A stretch of 45,236 nucleotides of DNA from Abditibacteriaceae bacterium (GCA_031425655.1 JANPJS010000207.1:1-45236); one strand, 5' to 3'. Counted from the stretch's first letter, positions 19,156 to 28,668 are shown. Made by a program: numbers and translations. Notes: a model not told the origin generated them from the letters alone.

Positions 19156-19893
19156 GTGGCTCTAACGATTGCCTACGACGGCACGCACTTTTGTGGGTCG
19201 CAGCGGCAGGTGAATGGGCCGAGCGTGCAGGGCGAAGTCGAGAGGGCGCTGGAAGTGGTGTTAAAACATCCGGCGACTGTTTCGATGGCGGGACGAACTG
19301 ACGCGGGCGTTCATGCTCTGGGGCAATGCGCTCGCTTCGTGACGACGAACCCGATGCCGGCGGAGAAGTTCGTGCCGGCGTTGAATCGGGTGCTGGATAA
19401 AGCGGTGCGCGTGCTGGATTCGCGCGAGGTAGACGAAAGTTTTCATCCGCGTTTCTCGGCCAAAAGCCGCGTTTATCGCTACTGGATTGAAAACGCGCCC
19501 ATCCCGAATCCGCTGCTGCGAGGCATTGCCGGGCATATCGTCAAGCCGCTAAATGCGGACGCGATGCAAAGCGCGGCGAGTGCGTTTATCGGCGAGCAGG
19601 ATTTCGCAGCGTGGCAATCGGCGGGCAGCCCAAACGGGCCGACGATTCGCAATGTGCATCGCGTCGAAATTCGGCGCAGCGAGGCTTTCGGCAGTGCGCT
19701 GCTGGAAATTGAAATTGAAGCGAACGCTTTTCTTTATCAGATGGTGCGCAACATCGTGGGCGCGCTCATCAAAGTAGGGCAGGGCGATCTTACGGCGGAG
19801 GAAATCCGCTTCCTGACGGCAAACCGTGATCGGACGCAATGTCCGCCGCCCGCGCCGCCGCAGGGTTTATGTTTGGTCGAAGTGAGATATTGA
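19156..19893 (+). CDS. truA: tRNA pseudouridine(38-40) synthase (start uncertain: GTG 19156 or upstream TTG/ATG)
   Basis: IAYDG, AGRTDAGVHALGQ, FLYQMVRNIVG, APPQGL. Confidence 0.96.
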   Translation: MALTIAYDGTHFCGSQRQVNGPSVQGEVERALEVVLKHPATVSMAGRTDAGVHALGQCARFVTTNPMPAEKFVPALNRVLDKAVRVLDSREVDESFHPRFSAKSRVYRYWIENAPIPNPLLRGIAGHIVKPLNADAMQSAASAFIGEQDFAAWQSAGSPNGPTIRNVHRVEIRRSEAFGSALLEIEIEANAFLYQMVRNIVGALIKVGQGDLTAEEIRFLTANRDRTQCPPPAPPQGLCLVEVRY

Positions 19894-19895
19894 AC

Positions 19896-19967
19896 GAGTT
19901 TTGAGTTGTGAATTTTAGGTTTTGAGTTGAAGTTAACTCAAAACTCAAAACTCAAAATTTAAAACTC
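19896..19967 (+). repeat. 7-mer tandem-repeat hairpin (GAGTTTT/AAAACTC)
   Basis: Inverted arrays. Confidence 0.9.
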
Positions 19968-19979
19968 AAAGGTGAAGAC

Positions 19980-20441
19980 ATGGCAAGCATTAAAGGGAAA
20001 AGCTATTACGCGAAGCCGGCTGACGTTGAGCGCAACTGGCATATCGTGGACGCCGAGGGTCAAACTGTCGGTCGTCTGGCCTCGCGCGTTGCGCACATTT
20101 TGCGCGGCAAGCACAAGCCGGAATTTACGCCCGGCACCGACGCCGGCGATTTCGTGGTGATTATCAACGCGGAGAAAATCAACTTTACCGGCAACAAGCT
20201 GGAAGACAAGATTTACTATCGCACCACGACGCGCCCCGGCAGCATGAAGCGCGTTGCTGCGCAGACGATGTTGGATAAGCATCCGACGCGCGTTTTGCAG
20301 GAAGCGGTCTGCGGAATGCTGCCGCACACCACGCAGGGCCGCGCGCAGCGTGTCCGTCTGCACATTTACGCTGGCGACAAGCATCCGCACGCCGCACAAA
20401 AGCCACAACCGCTCGAAGCCGCCGCGATGGGCGTCGGCTGA
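19980..20441 (+). CDS. rplM: 50S ribosomal protein L13
   Basis: WHIVDA, LRGKHKPEFTP, GMLP, HPHAAQ. Confidence 0.99.
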   Translation: MASIKGKSYYAKPADVERNWHIVDAEGQTVGRLASRVAHILRGKHKPEFTPGTDAGDFVVIINAEKINFTGNKLEDKIYYRTTTRPGSMKRVAAQTMLDKHPTRVLQEAVCGMLPHTTQGRAQRVRLHIYAGDKHPHAAQKPQPLEAAAMGVG

Positions 20442-20442
20442 G

Positions 20443-20530
20443 GAATTGAGAATTAAGAAGGGAGAATTAAGAATCAAGAAGAGAGATTGCGCTGTGCCTT
20501 TCTCAATTCTGCATTCTTAATTCTCAATTT
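20443..20530 (+). repeat. 7-mer tandem-repeat hairpin (GAATT(A/G)A/TYAATTC)
   Basis: Inverted arrays. Confidence 0.85.
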
Positions 20531-20540
20531 AAGGAAAAAT

Positions 20541-20933
20541 ATGCCCGAAACAACACCTTATGGAACCGGCAAGCGCAAGAACGCCATCGCGCGCGTCTGG
20601 GTGACGCCCGGCACCGGCAAAATCGTCGTGAATGACAAAGCGCTCGAAGATTACTTTGGCCGCATTACGCTGCAACAATTGGTGCGCGAACCGATGGTCA
20701 AGACTTCGGTTGGCCTTAACTTCGATGTAAAAGCGACCGCCACCGGCGGCGGCCTCACCGGACAAGCCGGCGCTCTGCGTCACGGCATCGCCAAAGCCTT
20801 AGTCGTCGGCAACGAAGAGTTGCGCGGCGAACTACGCGGCATCGGCGCCCTGACGCGCGACCCTCGCGTGAAAGAGCGCAAGAAATACGGCCACAAACGC
20901 GCTCGTCGCGGCTTCCAGTTCTCGAAGCGTTAA
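20541..20933 (+). CDS. rpsI: 30S ribosomal protein S9
   Basis: GTGKRKNAIARV, GGGLTGQAGA, TRDPRVKERKK, QFSKR. Confidence 0.99.
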   Translation: MPETTPYGTGKRKNAIARVWVTPGTGKIVVNDKALEDYFGRITLQQLVREPMVKTSVGLNFDVKATATGGGLTGQAGALRHGIAKALVVGNEELRGELRGIGALTRDPRVKERKKYGHKRARRGFQFSKR

Positions 20934-21006
20934 TTCGCTTCTACTTCTGGCGCAAAAGCAGCCCCGCTCGATTTTCGAGCGGGGCTGCTTGCGTTGCGGC
21001 GTGCGA
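20877..21006 (+). repeat. direct repeat copy 1 (rpsI 3' end + terminator)
   Basis: About 130 bp, near-identical to 21730-21857. Confidence 0.95.
20954..20990 (+). terminator. intrinsic terminator-like hairpin
   Basis: AAGCAGCCCCGCTCGA-TTT-TCGAGCGGGGCTGCTT. Confidence 0.75.
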
Positions 21007-21065
21007 CTTTCTCGCCCCGGCGATAAAATGAAATGCAAAGTTTTACAGAAGTAGGAGCAATTAAA

Positions 21066-21362
21066 ATGACTCTCACGCTTGAATTGGCGCCGGAAGTAGA
21101 AGCGCAACTACTGCTCAAAGCACGGCGGCGCGGTTTGGCACTGCCGGATTATGTGCGCCAACTGGCCGAACGCGATGCGGAGGCAGTTTCCAACGAACAG
21201 GCAACCAAAGACGCCGCTATGACTGCCGGCGCTGAGATCATGGCAACACTGTATGCCGAATCGTTAGCGCAGGGCGGCGAACTCACGGCGTTTTCTCAGC
21301 AGCAGGAAGACCTGCACGAATATAGCGATGAGGAATTGCGAGAGCTAAAAGGAGTGGCGTGA
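21066..21362 (+). CDS. probable antitoxin (RHH-like N-terminus, acidic tail)
   Basis: MTLTLELAPEVEAQL...ARRRG...DYVRQL; AGGAG RBS; stop overlaps the toxin start. Confidence 0.75.
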   Translation: MTLTLELAPEVEAQLLLKARRRGLALPDYVRQLAERDAEAVSNEQATKDAAMTAGAEIMATLYAESLAQGGELTAFSQQQEDLHEYSDEELRELKGVA

Positions 21363-21721
21363 TGGCCGCTTTGCCAAAGCGCGGCGAAGTGTGGCGTGTG
21401 GAGTTCGATCCGGCGCGTGGGGCCGAAATTCGCAAAACGCGCCCCGCTGTTGTGGTCAACGTGAACACGGTCGGGAGATTGCCGCTGCGCGTGGTCGTGC
21501 CAATCACCGGATGGCAAAACGAGTTTGCCGACGTGCCGTGGTTGGTGCGCCTTGAAGCGGAAACCGGCAATGGCTTGAGTAAAACCAGTGCGGCGGATGC
21601 GTTTCAGGTGCGCTCATTTTCTACCGAGCGTTTCGTGGACAAGATCGGCGCCTTAAAGCCGGAACAAGTGGAAGCCATCGCGCGGGCCATTGGCGACGTG
21701 GTGGGAACGCCTGTGGTGTAA
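21359..21721 (+). CDS. PemK/MazF-family endoribonuclease toxin
   Basis: PKRGEVWRVEFDPARGAEIRKTRPAVVV, VVPIT, QVRSF. Confidence 0.93.
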   Translation: MMAALPKRGEVWRVEFDPARGAEIRKTRPAVVVNVNTVGRLPLRVVVPITGWQNEFADVPWLVRLEAETGNGLSKTSAADAFQVRSFSTERFVDKIGALKPEQVEAIARAIGDVVGTPVV

Positions 21722-21729
21722 ATGCGGGC

Positions 21730-21857
21730 CGCAAGAAATACGGTCACAAGCGCGCTCGTCGTGGCTTCCAGTTCTCGAAGCGTTAGTTCACTTTGCGACA
21801 AAAGAAAAGCAGCCCCGCTCGATTTTCGAGCGGGGCTGCTTTTGTTGCGGCGTGCGA
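21730..21857 (+). repeat. direct repeat copy 2 (displaced rpsI 3' end + terminator)
   Basis: Encodes RKKYGHKRARRGFQFSKR*, followed by the same hairpin with a better T tail. Confidence 0.95.
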
Positions 21858-22059
21858 ACTTCAGTAGCTCCTCTTTTTATAGCGTTTCTCAGATTGAATG
21901 CAACATCAAAGTGCGAGCGGGACGTTTAAGATTCGCTTCGCAATGGTGCATCTTTTCTGAGAAACGCTATAAGTCAGTGGGCGTTACGCTTTTGGGGTTC
22001 ACATTGACTGCGGCCCAAAGGCGCAGTAGAAGAGAATACGACACCGAAGAGGAATTTCT

Positions 22060-23085
22060 ATGAAAGCACTGGTTTATACCGCGATTCGGACGCTGGAGAT
22101 GCGCGAAATCGCCGCGCCGCAAGCCGCAGACAGCGAAGTTTTGGTGCGTGTGCGCGCGACCGGAATCTGCGGCTCGGACGTTCACGGATTTTTGGGGCTT
22201 CAGGCAAGGCGACAGCCGGGATTGGTTTTAGGCCACGAAACCATGGGCGATGTGCAGGCCGTCGGGCCGGGCGTGGATTCTTCGCTTCTGGGCGTGCGCG
22301 TGGCTGTTAATCCTTTGATTTCGTGCCTCAATTGCCGCGCCTGCGCCGCCGGACGCCACAATTGCTGCGCTCAGTGGCGTTTGTTAGGCATGGACCGGAT
22401 GCAGGGCGGCTTCGCCGAAACCATAGCCGTCCCAGCGCGCAACGTGCATCGCCTGCCCGACCACGTCAGCGACGCGGCGGCAGTGATGATCGAGCCTTTA
22501 GCCAATGCGTTTCATTTGGTGGGGCATATTCCGGCTCATGCCGGCGTTTTGCCGACAGCCGCTATTTTCGGATGCGGCACTTTAGGTGCGGCGATTCTGT
22601 CGGTGGCTTTGGCGCGCGGAATTCAAGTGGTCGCGCAGTCGGAAAGTAATCCTCATCGCGCCCGTGTCGCTGCCGAATTGGGCGCGCCGCGCGTTTTGAA
22701 TGCTCGTGAAGACGACGCCGTGGCCGAAATTGCCCGATTAACGAATGGACGCGGCGTGGACGTGGCCATTGATGCCGTCGGCTCGCAGGAAACGCGCAGC
22801 ACCGCCGCCAAATGCGTGACGCGCGGCGGCACCGCGCTGCTGCTGGGCTTGCACGAAGACGTTTCGTCGTTCGATTTCAGCGACATCATGCGCCGCGAAG
22901 TGCGCCTGCAATGCTCGTATTGCTACACCGAGCGCGACTTCGCCGCCGCTTTCGATTTCGTGTGCAGTGGCGCGGCGGATTACGCTCGTTGGACGGATAT
23001 TTTGCCTCTGGAACAAGGCCAAAACGCCTTCGAGCGCCTTGTCAGCGATCCCGGAGACCGCCTTAAAATCGTGCTCCAACCGTGA
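22060..23085 (+). CDS. Zn-dependent (MDR) sugar/polyol dehydrogenase
   Basis: GICGSD, GHE, CxxCxxCx7C, GCGTLG. Confidence 0.92.
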   Translation: MKALVYTAIRTLEMREIAAPQAADSEVLVRVRATGICGSDVHGFLGLQARRQPGLVLGHETMGDVQAVGPGVDSSLLGVRVAVNPLISCLNCRACAAGRHNCCAQWRLLGMDRMQGGFAETIAVPARNVHRLPDHVSDAAAVMIEPLANAFHLVGHIPAHAGVLPTAAIFGCGTLGAAILSVALARGIQVVAQSESNPHRARVAAELGAPRVLNAREDDAVAEIARLTNGRGVDVAIDAVGSQETRSTAAKCVTRGGTALLLGLHEDVSSFDFSDIMRREVRLQCSYCYTERDFAAAFDFVCSGAADYARWTDILPLEQGQNAFERLVSDPGDRLKIVLQP

Positions 23086-23135
23086 ATTTGTGACACCATT
23101 TGCGAGCTTCAATGCTCCAATAGACAGCTCAAAAT

Positions 23136-24341
23136 ATGCGACTCTTAAAAACTCTTCTTGCTGGATACCTCGCCCTCAGCACAGCGGTTTTGCCGGCTCG
23201 CGCTGAAATCATTTCTGTCAGCGTGACAGCGCCCCAGGATGTGCGTGAAGTGCCGGTTTCGGTGCTGATCCCCAAAGATTATAAAGCCATCGAACCCCGT
23301 GTCGCAGGCGAAATAACGCGGGGACAAACCGAGCCTGCCGAGGGCGGGCAAACGCGTCTGACATTCATCGCGCACGACTTAAAGGCGGGCGAAAAGCACA
23401 CTTTTCTTGTCGAAACACGCATATTGGGCGATGCTGTTGAACTCTTTCAACAGAAGAATGGAAATGTAGAATTTCTCGTTAACGGCAAGTTGCTGACGCG
23501 TTATGATGTCACGACGGGGCCGACCAAGCCTTATTTTTATCCGCTCAATGTGCCCGGCGGCAGTCAAATCGTGCGGCATTGGCCCGTCGAAACGCCCGGT
23601 GGCGAAACGACCGATCATCCGCATCATCGCGGTCTTTGGTTCACGCACGGCAAGGTTAACGGCGTGGATTTCTGGTTGGAAAAAGGCAACGTCGGCAAGA
23701 CAATTCATACGGGTTATGAACAAATCGTCAGCGGCCCGGTTTATGGATTGATGCGCGCGAAGACGGATTGGGTTAAACCGGATGGGAAGAAAATCGCTGA
23801 AGACGTGCGCGAAATGCGCGTTTATAATGTGTCGGGCGGCGCTCTGATGGACTTTTCCGTGACAATTAAAGCCGTCGGCGGGCCGGTGGTGTGGGGCGAC
23901 ACCAAAGAAGGCACGTTCGCGCTGCGCTTAGCCGATTCGATGCGCGCCGCCGTCGAAAAAGGTAAAATCGCCGAAGGCCATATTCTCAATTCGACCGGAT
24001 TGAAAGACGCGGCAACGTGGGGCAAAGCCGCCGCATGGTGCGATTATTATGGCCCGGTAGATGGTAAAATCGTCGGCGTGGCGATTTTCGACGATCCGAA
24101 AAACCCGCGTCATCCGACGACGTGGCACGTTCGCGATTACGGCTTGTTTGCCGTCAATCCGTTCGGATTGCACGATTTCGATAAGAAAAACGCGGCGGGC
24201 AGCGGCGATTTAACCGTCCCGGAAGGCCAGAGCATCACCTTTCGCTATCGCTTATTCCTGCACGCGGGCACGACGCAAGAAGCCAATGTCGCCGCTGTCT
24301 GGCAATCGTTTTCGGCGCCGCCGGTGGCGTTGATTCAATAA
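23136..24341 (+). CDS. secreted 'PmoA family'/DUF6807-like protein
   Basis: Signal peptide; KPYFYPL, DHPHHRGLWF, WHVRDYG motifs. Confidence 0.75.
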   Translation: MRLLKTLLAGYLALSTAVLPARAEIISVSVTAPQDVREVPVSVLIPKDYKAIEPRVAGEITRGQTEPAEGGQTRLTFIAHDLKAGEKHTFLVETRILGDAVELFQQKNGNVEFLVNGKLLTRYDVTTGPTKPYFYPLNVPGGSQIVRHWPVETPGGETTDHPHHRGLWFTHGKVNGVDFWLEKGNVGKTIHTGYEQIVSGPVYGLMRAKTDWVKPDGKKIAEDVREMRVYNVSGGALMDFSVTIKAVGGPVVWGDTKEGTFALRLADSMRAAVEKGKIAEGHILNSTGLKDAATWGKAAAWCDYYGPVDGKIVGVAIFDDPKNPRHPTTWHVRDYGLFAVNPFGLHDFDKKNAAGSGDLTVPEGQSITFRYRLFLHAGTTQEANVAAVWQSFSAPPVALIQ

Positions 24342-24381
24342 AAATTCCGTGTCCCGTTCAGCAGATTAATCACGAAAAATC

Positions 24382-25851
24382 ATGGCAAAAAACAAAATCC
24401 CGCACGTTGAACCAACTCCCGCCGGCGATACCGGGGTCGCCGCACCAGTTGTCACCGAAAGCGCCGGATTGCGCTGGTATCAAGGCATTGACAAATACGC
24501 GTGGACGGTGCTGATTATCGCCGCCCTCGGCTGGATGTTTGACACCTTCGATCAACATCTTTTTACGCTTTTGCGCCAGCAATCGGTGACGGAATTACTG
24601 CGCTTGCATTATGCAGATCAACTGGCAAGCGGCGCTATGAGCACAGCGGATTTGGGCGTCCTTGCGAAAAAGCAGGGCGGCTATCTGACCTCGGTCTTTT
24701 TGATTGGCTGGGCAGTTGGCGGCTTTATGTTTGGAAAGCTCGGCGACAAACTGGGCCGCACGCGCACGATGATGATTACTATTCTCATCTACGCGATCTT
24801 TACCGGCCTCAACGGCCTGGTGCAGAACATGGAGCAGTATTATGCTTGCCGCTTCATGATCGCGCTTGGTGTGGGCGGTGAATTCGCGGCAGGGGCTTCT
24901 CTTGTGGCCGAAGTTTGGCCGCAGCGTTCGCGGGCGATGGGTTTGGGCTTGCTGCAATCACTCTCGGCGGTCGGTAATATTTTCGCGGCGATCACCACTT
25001 TGGTGCTTGCTGATGTAAGTTGGCGTTGGGTCTTTGCCGTCGGTGCCATTCCCGCTTTGCTGATTTTGTGGATCCGCCGCTGCGTTCATGAGCCGGATTC
25101 CTGGCATGAGGCCAAAGCCGCCGCAGAAGCCGCCGGCACCACCAAAGACATCGGCAGTATCAGCGCATTGTTCCGCGATCCTGTCCTACGGCGAAACACC
25201 ATTGTCGGAGTTCTCTTAGCGGCTGCCGGTGTGGGCGGCGTGTGGGGCGTGGGCTTCTTTTCTGTGGACTTGATTGGTTCGGCTTTGCAGCCTATGGTTG
25301 AAAGCGCCCCGAACATTGCCAGCATTACGGATGAAAAGCAACGCGAGGCTGCTGTTCGCGGCGGATTGCAGCACTGGCGCAGCCTGGTGTTCTTGGTGCA
25401 GATGATTGGTGCCGGTCTTGGTATGTTCGCCTTTGCCGGGCTTGCCGAAAAAACCGGACGGCGTCCCGCATTACTGGTATTTTTCATACTCGCGTTCTGT
25501 TCTTTGCAGGCTTTTTTCCGTTTTGTGCATGACCCCACGACAGCGTTTATTTTTGCTTTTCCGCTTGGCTTTTGCACTTTAGCGCCTTTCGCGGCTTACG
25601 CCATTTACTTCCCCGAATTGTTCCCAACGCGCGTGCGTTCTACGGGCATTGGCTTCTGTTACAACGCCGCGCGCGTATTGGCTGCCGGGGCACCCTGGTT
25701 GTTGGCCGACTTTTCCGCCCGCTTCGCCAGCCCCACAGACCCAACCGTAGGACTGCGCACGGCAGCCAGTATTGTTGCCTTTGTTTATGTTTTAGGTTTA
25801 GTCGCGCTGATTTTCGCGCCAGAAACCAAAGGCAAGCCGCTGCCGGAGTGA
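24382..25851 (+). CDS. MFS transporter
   Basis: GKLGDKLGR motif, GVGGE, PELFPTRVRSTG, PETKG; 12 TM. Confidence 0.95.
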   Translation: MAKNKIPHVEPTPAGDTGVAAPVVTESAGLRWYQGIDKYAWTVLIIAALGWMFDTFDQHLFTLLRQQSVTELLRLHYADQLASGAMSTADLGVLAKKQGGYLTSVFLIGWAVGGFMFGKLGDKLGRTRTMMITILIYAIFTGLNGLVQNMEQYYACRFMIALGVGGEFAAGASLVAEVWPQRSRAMGLGLLQSLSAVGNIFAAITTLVLADVSWRWVFAVGAIPALLILWIRRCVHEPDSWHEAKAAAEAAGTTKDIGSISALFRDPVLRRNTIVGVLLAAAGVGGVWGVGFFSVDLIGSALQPMVESAPNIASITDEKQREAAVRGGLQHWRSLVFLVQMIGAGLGMFAFAGLAEKTGRRPALLVFFILAFCSLQAFFRFVHDPTTAFIFAFPLGFCTLAPFAAYAIYFPELFPTRVRSTGIGFCYNAARVLAAGAPWLLADFSARFASPTDPTVGLRTAASIVAFVYVLGLVALIFAPETKGKPLPE

Positions 25852-25910
25852 AGATGGATGAAAAAATGTTTCATCTATTCCGTTCGGGGTAGAGTAGAGG
25901 TGTGCCAGAG

Positions 25911-26480
25911 ATGAAACCGAATTTGCGCGTCCAATTGCAAGATTCCCACTCGTGGGAAGCACGCTTGCAGTATTGGACTTCGGCTCTTGACGACAATCCC
26001 AACAGCCCTGCGGCGTGGCGTTGGCGTGTTCAAATCAGAGTTCTCAAATTCCTGCTTTCGCGCTACTCTGGTCGCGCTTTTGAGGGCACTCATCACACAT
26101 TAAAATCTCTTCCCAATTTTGCCCTTCTCGAAAACCCTAAGCCACCTTTTCCAGTCCCGATAATGCGCCGCGTTTTGGGGCATATCGTTGAAATCAACAA
26201 AGAAAAACCTCAAGAGCCTCCAATACCACCATTGACAAATCGGCCTGCTAAATCTCTCCTCGATCCTGAAACGTCGCCTCTCGCTCAGTTTCTCCTAACA
26301 GATTTATACGATTGGGGAAAAGGACGATATGTGCCACGTTGGGTGCAAAGATTCCTCATTTTAAGTCGTCATTTTCCAAATATTGCCAATGCTGTGGCAA
26401 TATTTGTTGGGTTATTAGTTGGGTCACTAATCAGCGTTACTTTGTATTTCCTGCTTCCTCTTATAATAAATTGGAAGTGA
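25911..26480 (+). CDS. AT-rich hypothetical protein with C-terminal TM (start 25902 or 25911)
   Basis: ORF fills the gap between the MFS gene and the terminator; atypical codon usage. Confidence 0.55.
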   Translation: MKPNLRVQLQDSHSWEARLQYWTSALDDNPNSPAAWRWRVQIRVLKFLLSRYSGRAFEGTHHTLKSLPNFALLENPKPPFPVPIMRRVLGHIVEINKEKPQEPPIPPLTNRPAKSLLDPETSPLAQFLLTDLYDWGKGRYVPRWVQRFLILSRHFPNIANAVAIFVGLLVGSLISVTLYFLLPLIINWK

Positions 26481-26481
26481 T

Positions 26482-26522
26482 AAGAGAAAGAGCGACTTCG
26501 ATAACGGAAGCCGCTCTTTCTC
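26482..26522. terminator. hairpin between convergent genes
   Basis: GAGAAAGAGCGACTTC...GAAGCCGCTCTTTCTC. Confidence 0.7.
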
Positions 26523-26524
26523 GT

Positions 26525-28360
26525 TTAAAACGCCTTCGCTCTGATGCCGACGACGAAGTTGAAGCCGGGCGACGGAAAGCCGGCGACTTCGTCGTATTTG
26601 CGGTTGAGCAGGTTGCCAAAACGCGCGTAAAGTTCCAGATTCGGCTTGATGTCGTAGCCAAGCGTGAAATCCACGCGCGCGAATCCGGGATAAAAGCGGC
26701 GACTGTTCGGAGTGAACAGAAAATCGTCGTCCAGACGGCGGCCTTGCGCGATAAAGGCAAGATCGCCGTTCCATTTGGCTTTGCGATAAAGCAAATCGGC
26801 GGCGACTGCGTATTTCGGGCGGCGCAAAATGTAAGTGGTTTTCGCCGCATCCACGCTTTGCAAAGTCTGGTTTAAAACCAGCGTCACGCTTTTGCCGAGC
26901 GGCTGCGAAAGATAGAATTCCACACCTTTGGTAGTCGCGCGGTCAACATTGGCGTTGCCGGAGATGAGATTGCGGAAGCGGTTGTAAAACAGCGTCGCTT
27001 CGGCACGAGCGCCGTTTTTGAAGCTGCGTTCATAGCCCAAATCGAGGCCAGAATTGGTTTCGGGCTGCAAATTCGCGTTGCCGAAGTTGGGAAAATATAA
27101 CTCGTTGAAAGTCGGCGCGCGGAAGCCGGTGCCGGCACTGGCTTTGATTCTGCCACCGTTTTTTAGTTCGTAGGCACCGGCCAGACGCCCGTTCACATCG
27201 TTGCCGAATTGCTGATTATGCTCGAAGCGCAGCGACGGCACCAGCGCGAAACGGCCACTGCGCCATTCGTCCTGAGCGAACAAGGCGGCATTGTTACGTT
27301 TGGGCGAAAAGTTGGCGTTAAACGGCCCGAAAGGCCCGCCGCTGCGGAAGTTTAAGCCGGCTTTTTCGCGCCGATATTCGCCGCCTAAAGTGAAGGCGTG
27401 CGCGCCGCGCGTCCACGAAGTTGTGCCTTCGATTTGCGCCGTCTGGTCATCGAAGCGATTAAAGCTGAAATCGCCGCCGGGCACGTTTTCCGGGTCGTTG
27501 TAGGTGAACTTGCGGTCGAAAAAGCCCAGCACGATTTTGTCTCGCCGCGCGCCGGCTTGGTTTTGCCATTGCAGGCTGTTTGTCCAGTTGCGCGGTTTCG
27601 AGCGCGCGTTCGGATCGAAGCTAAGCGTGCGCTGATTCGGCGCGCCGGTTTCGGCATCTTCGAGGCGCGAAAGAAAGGTCAGCGTGCCGTTTTTGCCCGT
27701 TGGCAGGTCGTAGCGCAGCGAAGCGCCGAGGTTTTTATAATCGTCGTTGGCGCCGAATCCGTCGCTTTTGAGGCGCGTTGCCGAAAAGCTCAGACTTCCC
27801 CGCTTCAAAGCGCCGCCTGCCGTGACAACCTGCTTATTCGTATTTTGTGAGCCGTATTCGACAAGGCCGCCGGTTGCGAACGCTCCGCTGCCGCGCCGCG
27901 TAATGATGTTGATGACGCCGCCCAGAGCTTCCGAGCCGTAAAGCCCGCTTTGCGGCCCGCGCAGAATCTCGATGCGTTCGATGTTTTCGACCGGAATCTG
28001 TCCGAAGTCGAAAAGGCCGGTCGAAGGCGCATTTAAGCGCACGCCATCGAGCAAAACCAGCGTGTGATCCGATTCGGCGCCGCGCAATCTCACGGTTGTG
28101 GTCTGGCCCGGCGAACCGTTGCGCGAAACCGATACGCCCGGCGCCCGCGCGATAATTTCGGCCAAGTCGAACGGCTTCTGCGCTTCGATCTGGCGTCGCG
28201 TAATCACCGTGATGGCCGACACTGATTGCGAAACCTCGCGCGGCAAACGCGTCGAAGTGACTTCAATCGTGTCCGGCGCCTCGTCAGCGGGCGTTGTGTT
28301 CGGCGTCTGCGCGTTGGCGATAGAAGCGAAAACGGCGCAGGAAACAAGGATTTTTTTCAT
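26525..28360 (-). CDS. btuB: TonB-dependent receptor, probable cobalamin transporter
   Basis: TonB box DTIEVTSTR, IERIEILRGPQSGLYG, GGVINIIT, C-terminal Phe; upstream B12 riboswitch. Confidence 0.88.
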   Translation of the reverse strand: MKKILVSCAVFASIANAQTPNTTPADEAPDTIEVTSTRLPREVSQSVSAITVITRRQIEAQKPFDLAEIIARAPGVSVSRNGSPGQTTTVRLRGAESDHTLVLLDGVRLNAPSTGLFDFGQIPVENIERIEILRGPQSGLYGSEALGGVINIITRRGSGAFATGGLVEYGSQNTNKQVVTAGGALKRGSLSFSATRLKSDGFGANDDYKNLGASLRYDLPTGKNGTLTFLSRLEDAETGAPNQRTLSFDPNARSKPRNWTNSLQWQNQAGARRDKIVLGFFDRKFTYNDPENVPGGDFSFNRFDDQTAQIEGTTSWTRGAHAFTLGGEYRREKAGLNFRSGGPFGPFNANFSPKRNNAALFAQDEWRSGRFALVPSLRFEHNQQFGNDVNGRLAGAYELKNGGRIKASAGTGFRAPTFNELYFPNFGNANLQPETNSGLDLGYERSFKNGARAEATLFYNRFRNLISGNANVDRATTKGVEFYLSQPLGKSVTLVLNQTLQSVDAAKTTYILRRPKYAVAADLLYRKAKWNGDLAFIAQGRRLDDDFLFTPNSRRFYPGFARVDFTLGYDIKPNLELYARFGNLLNRKYDEVAGFPSPGFNFVVGIRAKAF

Positions 28361-28385
28361 ATTTGAAATCTCCAACCACAGAAAT

Positions 28386-28489
28386 TTTTAACCACGAATG
28401 GACACAGATAAACACGGATATTTGTATGGATTAACGGCTTCAAATGCTAAAAATCATCCGTGTTTATCCGTGTCCATCCGTGGTTAAAA
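28386..28489 (-). repeat. 10-mer tandem-repeat hairpin (ACACGGATRR) in the btuB 5' UTR
   Basis: 34-bp arms 28386-28419 / 28456-28489 with 2 mismatches. Confidence 0.9.
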
Positions 28490-28509
28490 AACGCCCGAAA
28501 ACGGGCAAC

Positions 28510-28537
28510 AAAAAACCTCAGCCAATGCTGGCTGAGG
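28510..28537 (-). terminator. riboswitch expression-platform terminator
   Basis: CCTCAGCCA-GCAT-TGGCTGAGG-TTTTTT on the minus strand; candidate antiterminator GGTGAGGCGAATGC upstream. Confidence 0.8.
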
Positions 28538-28668
28538 TGAGAGGAATGCAACGCTTGGTTGGATTACGGGCGAAGTTTCGGCGTGAAAACGAGGGTGTCA
28601 GCCGAAACCGCGCCTGCTAAAGCGGTCGCGCATTCGCCTCACCCTTTCCCTCGAAGGTCGTGATGCGC

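Noticed and set aside
2885..20530. Repeat arrays as a CRISPR array
   Set aside because: Units are 7 nt, inverted and scattered between genes; there is no repeat-spacer pattern and no cas gene.
21722..22063. ORF spanning the second rpsI repeat
   Set aside because: It crosses the duplicated tail out of frame and a terminator, and has no protein-like features.
23136..24341. Methane monooxygenase implied by the 'PmoA family' label
   Set aside because: This is a soluble exported protein in a sugar-utilisation context; the family name is misleading and no pmoBC genes are present.
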